NCBI GenBank assembly: GCA_035464095.1
Contig: DATHSO010000198.1
Span: forward strand, 12,071-76,070
Origin: Candidatus Methylomirabilota bacterium
GTDB lineage: Bacteria > Acidobacteriota > Thermoanaerobaculia > Thermoanaerobaculales > Sulfomarinibacteraceae
Length of the DNA: 64,000 nucleotides
Reading direction: 5' to 3'
The notes under the pieces are model-generated. The model saw only the letters and a program-made list of their open reading frames with translations, had not been told where the DNA came from and did no database searches. How positions within the stretch are numbered: the stretch's first letter is position 1; each line of letters begins with the position of its first letter. Of this stretch, positions 45,442-53,625 are shown piece after piece. A program made the position numbers and the translations under genes.

Positions 45442-45885
45442 TCAGCCCATCTTCGACATGTGGAGCTTGAACTTCTCCAGCTCGCCCAGGATCGTGTCGT
45501 GCTTCTGCTCGTCGCGGAGCAGGTAGTCGAGCAGGATGTTGGCGATGGGATCGGTCGATTCTTCCTTGAGTCGCGTTGCGAGCTCGATGGTCTGCCGCTC
45601 GAGCTCATCGTGGGCCTCGATCTGGCCCCAGACCTCGGCCAGGTCCTCGGGGGAAACCTTGAGCGGGGCCTTGGTCATGCTGTCGATCAGGAACTGCTGC
45701 ACCCGGTGGTGCTGCACCGAGTCGTTGCGGATGATCTCCATGATCTGCCGGATCAGGAGGTTGTCGGTCTTCTCCATGATCTGGGCGGTGGTCTCGATGG
45801 CATCGCGCTCGATGCCCTGCCACTGCCGGAGGACGTCCACCATCTCGGCGATCCGCTCCGGGCCGGTCTTCTTGTCGCGCGCCAT
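45442..45885 (-). CDS. Ferritin-like four-helix-bundle protein of unknown function
   Basis: 147 aa, all-helical. Paired E/H-containing segments (RNDSVQHHRV and RDEQKHDTILGELE). GGAGG ribosome-binding site. Embedded between dsrD and dsrL. Confidence 0.7.
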   Translation of the reverse strand: MARDKKTGPERIAEMVDVLRQWQGIERDAIETTAQIMEKTDNLLIRQIMEIIRNDSVQHHRVQQFLIDSMTKAPLKVSPEDLAEVWGQIEAHDELERQTIELATRLKEESTDPIANILLDYLLRDEQKHDTILGELEKFKLHMSKMG

Positions 45886-45970
45886 AGCTTCCTCCAGTGG
45901 TGAGGGGCGGTCGAAGGAGGGGGGAGGTCGACCTCCACCCCTCCCGGACCGCTCGGGTTTGCAGAGTCGC

Positions 45971-46201
45971 CTAGCCTTCGGGCAGCGTGACGTAGCTGCC
46001 GCCGGCGTACTTGTAGGTCAGGCGGCCGGAGTCGATGAGCTGGCGCAAGGCCTGCTTGCACATCCGCTTGTCGACCTCATCACCGAACTGCTCGATCATT
46101 TGCTTGGTGACGTCCATGGGCTTGAGATCCCTCTTGCCCTTCGTGGACGCGACCAGCTCGTACATCGCGTCGGCCACCTGATCTACCGTCACATCGGCCA
46201 T
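45971..46201 (-). CDS. dsrD: DsrD, small winged-helix protein
   Basis: 76 aa, 10 nt downstream of dsrB. The Lys-rich winged-helix pattern ends ...GRLTYKYAGGSYVTLPEG, like DsrD of sulfate reducers. Confidence 0.85.
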   Translation of the reverse strand: MADVTVDQVADAMYELVASTKGKRDLKPMDVTKQMIEQFGDEVDKRMCKQALRQLIDSGRLTYKYAGGSYVTLPEG

Positions 46202-46211
46202 GGTGTCCTCC

Positions 46212-47291
46212 TCAGTGGCGCAGCTGCACCGTCCTGTTGTAGGTCTCCCCGGCGTGCTTGAAGTCGTCGATATGGTACTTGGTGAACTCCTGGCCGATGA
46301 GCTCGAAGAACTTCGGCCAGCCGATGCGGTCGATCCACTCGCCCATCCGTTCGTGCTTGCGCGCGTTGGCGGCGTAGGTCTCGAGGATCTTCTTGACCGC
46401 CTCGACGACCTCGGGCCAGCGCGGCGGGTGGTTGGGCAGGAAGGGGACGGCGAGCTTGGAGAACTTGGGCGTGACGCGCGAGTTGGAGACCTTGCCGCCG
46501 ACCCAGATCGAGATGCCGTCGGTGTGGGCGTTGTTGATCTTCACCGCCGGGCAGACCGTGTAGCAGTTGCCGCAATACATGCACTGCTCTTCGATGATCT
46601 CGATGGACTGGGCCCCGTTGACCGTGGCCGGCCGGATCGCGCCGGTCGGGCAGGAGGCGATCAGGTTCGGGATCTCGCACATCTTGGGCAGGTTCTCGTG
46701 CTCGATCACCGGCGCCCGGGTGTGGACGCCGAGGATCGCGATGTCGGAGCAGTGGACGGCGCCGCACATGTTGAGGCAGCAGGCGTAGGCGATCCGGGTC
46801 TTCGCCGGCAGGTCCTTTTCGCCGGTGAAGTACGGGAAGAGCTCGTCCATCACGGACTTGACCACGCCCGAGGCGTCCGAGGCCGCCGAGTGGCAGTGGA
46901 CCCAGCCCTGGGTGTGGACGATGTTGGAGAGCTTGGCGCCGAGGCCGCCGATCGGGAAGCCGTAGTCCTCGAGCTCCTTGATCAGGGGCTCGATCTTCGA
47001 CTCGTCGGTGAGCAGGAACTCGACGTTGTTGCGGCTGGTCCAGCGCAGATGGCCGTCACAGTACTTGTCCGCGATGTCGCAGAACTTGCGGATCGAGGTG
47101 ATCGCGAGCAGGCGCGGCGTCGCCGCGCGAACCGTGAACAGCTTGTCGCCGGACTCGGCGACGTGCACCATCACGCCCGGCTTGAGGATCTCGTGGTAGT
47201 CCCACTTGCCGTAGTTCTTCTTGATGACCTCGGGCAGGAACTGCTCGTAATGTGGGGGTCCAATGTCGGTTCGACGTTCGAATGCAGGCAT
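46212..47291 (-). CDS. dsrB: Dissimilatory sulfite reductase beta subunit
   Basis: 359 aa with the siroheme/Fe-S Cys motifs ([23 protein letters not shown]) and the ferredoxin insert ([18 protein letters not shown]). Confidence 0.95.
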   Translation of the reverse strand: MPAFERRTDIGPPHYEQFLPEVIKKNYGKWDYHEILKPGVMVHVAESGDKLFTVRAATPRLLAITSIRKFCDIADKYCDGHLRWTSRNNVEFLLTDESKIEPLIKELEDYGFPIGGLGAKLSNIVHTQGWVHCHSAASDASGVVKSVMDELFPYFTGEKDLPAKTRIAYACCLNMCGAVHCSDIAILGVHTRAPVIEHENLPKMCEIPNLIASCPTGAIRPATVNGAQSIEIIEEQCMYCGNCYTVCPAVKINNAHTDGISIWVGGKVSNSRVTPKFSKLAVPFLPNHPPRWPEVVEAVKKILETYAANARKHERMGEWIDRIGWPKFFELIGQEFTKYHIDDFKHAGETYNRTVQLRH

Positions 47292-47305
47292 GAGTTCCTC
47301 CCTCC

Positions 47306-48514
47306 CTACTCTTCGAAGATCTCGTCGTCGAAGAAGATGTACGGGTTTGTCCGGGGGTGCATGACCATCTCGGGGGCCGGGTCGAGGCCGATCTCCCCGA
47401 GGAAGTTGGACAGGCCGACCCGCTGGATGAACTCGCCCACCCGCTCGCGGTTCTTGCCGTGCTCACCCCACAGGTCCCAGATCGCCTCGGTGAGCTCCTT
47501 GAGATCCTCGTAGTCCGACTCCGGATCCATCTCCAGGAAGGGCACGAAGACCGAGCACAGGAGAGCGCCGCCGATGATCGGCGCCTTGCCGCCGATGAGA
47601 ATGGTGGCCCCGCGCTCCTTGCCGGGCTTGAGGGCCTTGGGCATCAGGTTGATGCAGTGCATGCACTTGACGCAGTTCGCGTCGTCGATGTCGAGGGTCG
47701 AGCCGTCCCACTCGATGCAGCGGGTCGGGCACAGGTCGCAGACCTCGGCCTGGACGTCGACGCCGTTCTTCGAGTACTCGACGACCTTGGCGTTGTCGAC
47801 CTGGATGTCGTCCTTCCAGACGCCGATGACGGAGCAGTCCGAGCGGGCGATGGACGCCACGCAGTCGTTCGGGCAGCCGGAGAACTTGAACTTGTACTTG
47901 TAGGGGAAGAACGGCCGGTGCAGCTCGTCCTGGAAGTTCTGGGTGATGTTGTAGCAGGCGTCCAGGGTGTCGTAGCAGGCCCACTCACAGCGCGCCGGGC
48001 CGACGCAGCAGGACGGCGTGCGCATGTTGGAGCCGGAGCCGCCGAGGTCGAAGCTCGGCATGTCGTCCTTCTCCGAGCTGAGCTCCGCGAAGAGCGGCTC
48101 GAGGGCCTCGGTCTTGCAGCCGAGGAAGACGATGTCGCCGGTGGACCCGTGCATGTTGGTCAGACCCGAGCCGTGCTTCTCCCACACGTCACAGATGTGG
48201 CGCAGCGCCTTCGTGTTGTAGAACCACGCCGACGGCTGGTTGATGCGGCAGGTGTGGAACATCTCGACGTTGGGGAAGTCTTGCGGAAGGTCGCTGTAGC
48301 GGCCGATCACGCCACCGCCGTAGCCCATCACGCCGACGATGCCGCCGTGCTTCCAGTGGCTGATGTGCTCCTCGTAGGAGCGTTCGAGGATGCCGAGCGC
48401 GTCGTTGGACATCGCGTTGTGCCCGGCCTCCTTCTTCATCTCCTTGACGAAGCTCGGCCACGGTCCCTTCTCGAGCTCGTCAAGCAGCGGCGTTTCGTGC
48501 TTCTTCACTGTCAT
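47306..48514 (-). CDS. dsrA: Dissimilatory sulfite reductase alpha subunit
   Basis: 402 aa from ATG 48514 (AAGGAG ribosome-binding site). Motifs: [21 protein letters not shown] and the ferredoxin insert CDLCPTRC / CVKCMHC. Confidence 0.95.
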   Translation of the reverse strand: MTVKKHETPLLDELEKGPWPSFVKEMKKEAGHNAMSNDALGILERSYEEHISHWKHGGIVGVMGYGGGVIGRYSDLPQDFPNVEMFHTCRINQPSAWFYNTKALRHICDVWEKHGSGLTNMHGSTGDIVFLGCKTEALEPLFAELSSEKDDMPSFDLGGSGSNMRTPSCCVGPARCEWACYDTLDACYNITQNFQDELHRPFFPYKYKFKFSGCPNDCVASIARSDCSVIGVWKDDIQVDNAKVVEYSKNGVDVQAEVCDLCPTRCIEWDGSTLDIDDANCVKCMHCINLMPKALKPGKERGATILIGGKAPIIGGALLCSVFVPFLEMDPESDYEDLKELTEAIWDLWGEHGKNRERVGEFIQRVGLSNFLGEIGLDPAPEMVMHPRTNPYIFFDDEIFEE

Positions 48515-48677
48515 GGCCACTCCTTTCCAATCATCATCGGACTCTGAAACTCTTCGTGACGCGAAGCCACCGCGAGGGACGGCGACGGGCTTCGGCATCT
48601 GCATCCGGTCAAGCTCGACTCCTCCTTCACATCATCGACGAGCGCCGGCGGACGACGCTCGCACCGGAGGGCAGTCT

Positions 48678-48693
48678 TGCAACCCGTGTGCCA
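48678..48693 (-). promoter_or_regulatory. Sigma-54 (-24/-12) promoter for the dsrAB... operon
   Basis: The minus strand reads TGGCACACGGGTTGCA, matching TGGCAC-N5-TTGCA. It lies about 165 nt upstream of the dsrA ATG. Confidence 0.75.
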
Positions 48694-48756
48694 GAGGGCC
48701 GCGCGGACGAGATCGGTTCAAGTGACTCTCGAATCGAGGTTTGAGCGGCTTCCTGC

Positions 48757-48771
48757 GCGCTTCGGAAGCGC
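48757..48771. promoter_or_regulatory. Perfect 7-1-7 palindrome, candidate enhancer (UAS) site
   Basis: GCGCTTC-G-GAAGCGC lies about 65 nt upstream of the -24 element, between the EBP gene and the dsrA promoter. Confidence 0.4.
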
Positions 48772-48793
48772 CCGTTTCCCGGTCGCGGGTTAC

Positions 48794-50251
48794 CTAATCG
48801 TAACGGGTCGGGAGAGCGGCTCGGCCGCCGTTTCGGGATCCCCCGTCCGGGTGACTGCGACCGTCCTGCTCGGGGACCTCGATTCCGAGGCCCCGGATCT
48901 TGCGGAACAGGGTGCTCGGGTGGATGCCGAGGAGCTCGGCGGCGGCCTTCCGGTTGCCCTCGGTCCGGCGCAGGGCGTTGGCGATGTGGAGCCGCTCCAT
49001 CGCCTGCAGCGTGGTGGGCGCGCCCCCTTCGCGGCGTTCAGCTGCGCTGTCCCGGGTCAGCTCGGGCGGCAGGTGGTTGAGCTCGATGACGCTGCCGCGG
49101 CACAGCACGAAGGCGTGCTCGACGATGTTCTCGAGCTCGCGGGCGTTGCCCGGGTAGTCGTGGTTCATGAGAACCTCGAGGACCTCGTCCGAGACCCCCA
49201 CCACATCCTTCTCCTGCAGCCGGTTGAAGCGCCCGATGAAGTGGTCGATGAGCAATGGGATGTCCTCGCGCCGCTCGCGAAGCGTGGGCAGATCCAGGCG
49301 CATGACGTTGATGCGGTAGAACAGGTCCTCGCGGAAGGTTCCCTCCTTGACCAGCTCCGCCAGGTCGCGGTGGGTGGCGGCGATGACCCGGACATTCGCC
49401 GACACCGGCTCCACCGAGCCGAGCGGCTCGTAGACCTGCTCCTGGAGGACCCGCAGCAGGCGCACCTGCATGGCGGGCGAGATGTCGCCGATCTCGTCGA
49501 GGAGAATCGTGCCGCCCTCGGCGTGCGCGAAGCGCCCCGGACGGTCGTGGCGAGCGTCCGTGTAGGCACCGGCTTTGACGCCGAACAGCTCGGACTCGAG
49601 GAGGGTGTCGGGCATGGCGCCGCAGTTGATGGCCACGAAACGCTTGTCCCGGCGCGGCGAGAGGTTGTGGATGGCCCGCGCGAAGAGCTCCTTGCCGGTG
49701 CCGCTGGCGCCGTGGATGACCACCGTGCTGTCGCTGGCGGCCACCGCCGGCAGGACCCCGAACAGGTCTCGCATGGCCGCGCTGCGGCCGATGATGTCGC
49801 CCAGGGAGTAGCGCGCCTCGAGCGCCTTGCGCAGCTCCTCCACCTGGCTCAGGTCGCGGATGGTCTCCACTCCGCCCACGAGCTGACCGTGTTCGTTGCG
49901 CAGGACGGTGGTCGAGATCCTGATCGGCAGCTTGCGGCCGCGGGCGTCGATGACGAAGGCGGCCCGGTCGACCACCGGTTCGCCGGTCTCCATGGTGTGG
50001 CGGAGCGGGCAGACGCTGTTGCAGATGCTCGCCTGGAACACCTCGCAGCACCGACGCCCGATGGCCTTCTGCCTGGGAATGCCGGTGATCCGTTCGGCGG
50101 CACGGTTGAAGTAGGCGATCCGCCAGTCCCGGTCGACGGTGAACACCCCCTCGGCCACGCTGTCGAGGATGATGCGCCCGATTCCCGGCTCGTTGGCCTG
50201 CAGGGCGAGGCTCCACTGCCCCCGCTCCCGCTTCGGTTCCTGCGATGTCAT
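48794..50251 (-). CDS. PAS-domain sigma-54 enhancer-binding protein (PAS-AAA+-Fis HTH)
   Basis: 485 aa. The PAS domain carries CC-x7-C-x3-C (RRCCEVFQASICNSVCPLRH). AAA+ has GASGTGKE, LLDEIGD and a GAYTDA variant of GAFTGA. The C-terminus reads GNRKAAAELLGIHPSTLFRKIR. Confidence 0.92.
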   Translation of the reverse strand: MTSQEPKRERGQWSLALQANEPGIGRIILDSVAEGVFTVDRDWRIAYFNRAAERITGIPRQKAIGRRCCEVFQASICNSVCPLRHTMETGEPVVDRAAFVIDARGRKLPIRISTTVLRNEHGQLVGGVETIRDLSQVEELRKALEARYSLGDIIGRSAAMRDLFGVLPAVAASDSTVVIHGASGTGKELFARAIHNLSPRRDKRFVAINCGAMPDTLLESELFGVKAGAYTDARHDRPGRFAHAEGGTILLDEIGDISPAMQVRLLRVLQEQVYEPLGSVEPVSANVRVIAATHRDLAELVKEGTFREDLFYRINVMRLDLPTLRERREDIPLLIDHFIGRFNRLQEKDVVGVSDEVLEVLMNHDYPGNARELENIVEHAFVLCRGSVIELNHLPPELTRDSAAERREGGAPTTLQAMERLHIANALRRTEGNRKAAAELLGIHPSTLFRKIRGLGIEVPEQDGRSHPDGGSRNGGRAALPTRYD

Positions 50252-51666
50252 CGCGGCGCTCCCCGAGCTTCGTTGTGCGATACTTGGGCGCGGACACGAC
50301 GATGACGAGGCCCCTCCCCGACCCCCGACCGGAACCGACACCCACCCCCGGCAAGGCTCCCGAAGCCGGGCCGCTGCGCGTGCGGATCCTGAGCGCCCTG
50401 GCCGTGGCCGCTGTCGCCGCCCTCGCGGCGCCACATCTGCCTCCCCTGGGGCTCGGTGCGCTGGTGCTGGCGGCGACGCTCGCCGCGGTCTGGGTCAGCG
50501 CCCCGCCCGGTCGCGACGGCAACGGCCACCACCGGCACGTGCAGGTCCTGCGCGACGAGCTCGACGCCTCGCGCCGGCGCTACCAGCGGCTGTTCTCCTC
50601 GGTGCCCTGCTTCATCTGCGTGCTCGATCGCGACCACAACATCGTCGAGGCCAACGAGCTCTACCGGCGGGAGTTCGGCGTCACCGACCGCTCGCTGTGC
50701 TTCGAGGTCTGCAAGCAGCGCACCTCCAAGTGCCCGAACTGCATCGTCGACGCCACCTTCGCCGACGGCGTCAGCCGGGCCGCCGAGGAGATCCTGGTGG
50801 CGCGCGACGGACGGCGCATCAACGCGGTGGTCCACACCCGTCCCATCAGGGACGAGGGCGGCGAGATCACCGCGGTGATGGAGGTCTTCACCGACGTCAC
50901 CGAGGTCAAGCAGCTGCAACGCCAGCTCGCCCTCACGGGCCGCGCGGTGGCGGGGGCCGCGCACCGCGTCAAGAACATCCTGATGGGGCTCGAGGGTGGC
51001 ATCTTCATCGTCAACGACGGCCTCGAGCGCGACGACCGCGGCACCATCGACGAGGGCTGGGAGATGGTGGAGCGCAACGTCCACCGGATCACCGCCATCG
51101 TCAAGGACCTCTTGTTCACCGCCAAGGAGCGCCGGCCCTCCTTCGAGGACGAGGTCTGCCCCGAGGAGATCGTGCTCGAGGTCCGCAACCTCTATGCCCG
51201 GCGAATGGAGGGCGAGAACATCGAGGTCCTGGCCGAGGTGCCGGCCGAGCTCCACCGCGGCACCTTCGACCCCGACGCGATCCACAACCTGCTCTGCAAC
51301 CTGGTCGGCAACGCCATCGACGCCTGCCGCTTCGACCCCTCGGAGGGCAAGGACGGCCACCGGGTGGTCCTCCGCTGCTGGCAGAACGGCAACGGCGCCA
51401 CCGTCTTCGAGGTCGAGGACAACGGCGAGGGCATCCCCGAGGAGCTGACCCGGAAGGTCTTCCACGAGTTCTTCTCGTCCAAGGGCACCGAGGGCACGGG
51501 CATCGGCCTGCTGGTGGTCCAGAAGGTGGCGGAGGAGCACGGCGGCGCTGTGACCTTCCGCTCGACGCCGGGAGAGGGCACCGTGTTCACGGTCACGATC
51601 CCGGCCCATACGCCGACCGCCAAACCGGCCGATCACGGCGTTGGCAAGCTCGGCGTCCACAACTGA
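50245..51666 (+). CDS. Membrane PAS sensor histidine kinase with Cys-rich PAS domain
   Basis: 473 aa (alternative ATG at 50302). Two TM helices; PAS with C-x3-C-x7-C-x2-C (CFEVCKQRTSKCPNC); H-box AAHRVKNIL; HATPase N and G boxes (GNAIDA, GTGIGL). Confidence 0.9.
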   Translation: MSSRRSPSFVVRYLGADTTMTRPLPDPRPEPTPTPGKAPEAGPLRVRILSALAVAAVAALAAPHLPPLGLGALVLAATLAAVWVSAPPGRDGNGHHRHVQVLRDELDASRRRYQRLFSSVPCFICVLDRDHNIVEANELYRREFGVTDRSLCFEVCKQRTSKCPNCIVDATFADGVSRAAEEILVARDGRRINAVVHTRPIRDEGGEITAVMEVFTDVTEVKQLQRQLALTGRAVAGAAHRVKNILMGLEGGIFIVNDGLERDDRGTIDEGWEMVERNVHRITAIVKDLLFTAKERRPSFEDEVCPEEIVLEVRNLYARRMEGENIEVLAEVPAELHRGTFDPDAIHNLLCNLVGNAIDACRFDPSEGKDGHRVVLRCWQNGNGATVFEVEDNGEGIPEELTRKVFHEFFSSKGTEGTGIGLLVVQKVAEEHGGAVTFRSTPGEGTVFTVTIPAHTPTAKPADHGVGKLGVHN

Positions 51667-51749
51667 CCTCCAGTCCCGACACGGGCACAGCTCCATCGGC
51701 ACGGCGACCCGACGACGCTCGCGACCCGCGCCCCGGTGCTTCGGAAGGC

Positions 51750-52127
51750 TCAGGCGGCTCCGATCAGCTCCCGAACCTTGTCCAGGAACGCCCCCCGCTC
51801 GATGGGCTTCTCGACCACCGCCTCGGGCGGCCGCAGCTCACCGAGGTACCCGAAGAAGTCGTCCGACCTCGCGAGCCCCGTGAGCACGATGATCGGGATG
51901 GCCGAGGTCTTGTCCGAGGTCCGCAGACCGCGATACGCCTTGACCCCGGACTTCTTCGGCATCAGCACGTCGAGGGTGATCAGGTCGGGCTTATGGGCCT
52001 CGGCGAGCCACACCCCCTCGTCGCCGTCCGCGGCCGAGTCGGTCTCGTAGCCCGCCTTGCGGAACAGGGCTTCGAGGTACACGCGCATGTCCTTCTCGTC
52101 GTCGATAATGAGGATCTTCTTCGGCAT
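51750..52127 (-). CDS. Stand-alone CheY-like receiver protein
   Basis: 125 aa with ILIIDDE, LDVLMP and ...IVLTG...KP motifs. No output domain. Confidence 0.9.
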   Translation of the reverse strand: MPKKILIIDDEKDMRVYLEALFRKAGYETDSAADGDEGVWLAEAHKPDLITLDVLMPKKSGVKAYRGLRTSDKTSAIPIIVLTGLARSDDFFGYLGELRPPEAVVEKPIERGAFLDKVRELIGAA

Positions 52128-52151
52128 CTCTCTGACCTCCCGGTTCGCCGC

Positions 52152-52991
52152 CTAATTCTCGTACGGATGAGTGCCGAGGGCGGCCTTGGCCTCCGGAGTG
52201 CCGATGCGGCCGAGCACTTCTCGGATCGGATGGCGCAGGTTCTCGTTGTCGAGGGAACGGACGATGCAGTCCACCAGGTCGGGATCGCGCAGAGCCGCGA
52301 GCTCGTCGCCGGCACATTTGACCAGCTCTGGGTTCTTGCTTCCCAGGGCCGAGCACAGATACTCCACCGCCAGGCCTCCGGTCTCTCCGCCCTTGCGGGC
52401 GATGGTCCCGAGGGCCTTGAGCGCCTTCTCGCTGCGCTTGAAGCGACCGATGGCGCGCACTCCCCGCAGACCGCCACCGTAGGCGTCCACGAAAGCCGCG
52501 ACGGCCTCCTCGCTCTTGCGCTCCGGCTCGGCCTCGGCCTCCTTGGCCGCGTCCTCGAGGAAGGACTCGTCGGCGTAGTACTCCACCGCCATCCGGCGGA
52601 CCGCCGGGTTGTACGCCGGGTCCTCGGCGATGGACTCGATGATGCGCCGATCGGTGATCCGCGAGAAGCACATGCCGATGAGCTCGATGTTCTCCGGGGA
52701 CCTGAGCAGATCCGCCAGCACCCGCTGCGAGAACACCCGCTCCACGGCCACCAGCCGGGCGTCGAGAGACTCCGCCTCCCGCGCCACGCGCTCCAGGTTC
52801 GGGTCGTCGTTGATCTTGAGGACGGCGGTCAATCGAACCCGAGGAGAGTCGTCGGTGCACGCGATCTGCACCAACGTCTCGGGGTCGTCGAGCTTCTCGA
52901 CCGCCGCCATCCGGACCTTGGGGTTGGAGTGCTCGTGGTCCTTCTTCTCGAGGAACCTCTTCGAGCTCTTTCGCTTCTCCATGATGGTCAT
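52152..52991 (-). CDS. HEAT/PBS-lyase-like repeat protein
   Basis: 279 aa with repeated ...NPxVRxxAV.../DPxLV motifs (NPKVRMAAVEKL, SPRVRLTAVLKI, NPAVRRMAVEY). GGAGG ribosome-binding site. Confidence 0.8.
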   Translation of the reverse strand: MTIMEKRKSSKRFLEKKDHEHSNPKVRMAAVEKLDDPETLVQIACTDDSPRVRLTAVLKINDDPNLERVAREAESLDARLVAVERVFSQRVLADLLRSPENIELIGMCFSRITDRRIIESIAEDPAYNPAVRRMAVEYYADESFLEDAAKEAEAEPERKSEEAVAAFVDAYGGGLRGVRAIGRFKRSEKALKALGTIARKGGETGGLAVEYLCSALGSKNPELVKCAGDELAALRDPDLVDCIVRSLDNENLRHPIREVLGRIGTPEAKAALGTHPYEN

Positions 52992-53089
52992 TGCAGCCCT
53001 CCTTTCAGTAAGGGCGTTGCCACGGACGGGGTCGTCCGAAGCCGCAGAAGTGCAGCCGGGCGACCGGGTGTTGCCGGTTGGACAGTGGG

Positions 53090-53458
53090 TCAGTCACCGG
53101 GTTCTCCCAACGCACGTTCCACCGTCGCCACGAACTCGTCGGGATCGATGGGCTTGTCGAAGACCGCGAACGGTTTGCTGACCGCCAGGTGCCGGCCCGC
53201 GAGACCGCTGACCACGATGACCGGGATCCCCCGCAGGGCATCCTGCTTGAGCAGGCGGCGGTAGAAGTCGGTTCCTGTCTGCTCGGGCATCTGCAGGTCG
53301 AGCACGATGAGGTCGGGCGGCTCCTTTTCGGCCGCGTCGAAGGCCTGGCGGCCGTCTCGTGCGGTCGCCACCCTGTAGCCGTTCTTCTCGAGCACCCTGC
53401 TGAGGAAGGCACGGACATCCGGCTCGTCGTCGACAACCAGGACCAAGTGACTCATCAC
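53090..53458 (-). CDS. Stand-alone CheY-like receiver protein
   Basis: 122 aa with VLVVDDE, LDLQMP and ...VVSG...KP motifs. The start overlaps the stop of the small upstream ORF. Confidence 0.9.
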   Translation of the reverse strand: MMSHLVLVVDDEPDVRAFLSRVLEKNGYRVATARDGRQAFDAAEKEPPDLIVLDLQMPEQTGTDFYRRLLKQDALRGIPVIVVSGLAGRHLAVSKPFAVFDKPIDPDEFVATVERALGEPGD

Positions 53459-53619
53459 GGCCTCCGATCTTGCGGCGTGCGGTCGTTGCCGAAGGCGCTC
53501 CGGCGTTCACGCTCGGTCAGGAACCGCCAGAACGGGATGTAGCTCACCAGCAGCAGCCCGGCGACGATGTAGCCGACGGCCTTGGTGTGGGTCAGGAAAT
53601 CGAAAAGAGTGTACATCAT
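53455..53619 (-). CDS. hmcD: Small single-TM protein, HmcD-like by position
   Basis: 54 aa (MMYTLFDFLTHTKAVGYIVAGLLLVSYIPFWRF...). It is too short for the ORF track and starts 6 nt after the hmcC-like stop. The assignment rests on position and size only. Confidence 0.5.
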   Translation of the reverse strand: MMYTLFDFLTHTKAVGYIVAGLLLVSYIPFWRFLTERERRSAFGNDRTPQDRRP

Positions 53620-53625
53620 CCCCCC

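Noticed and set aside
50245-50302. Choice between ATG 50245 and ATG 50302 as the start of the PAS kinase.
   Set aside because: Neither has a clear Shine-Dalgarno sequence. The longer form overlaps the divergent EBP start codon. I kept the longer ORF as the feature but the start is unresolved, so this is an uncertainty rather than a finding.
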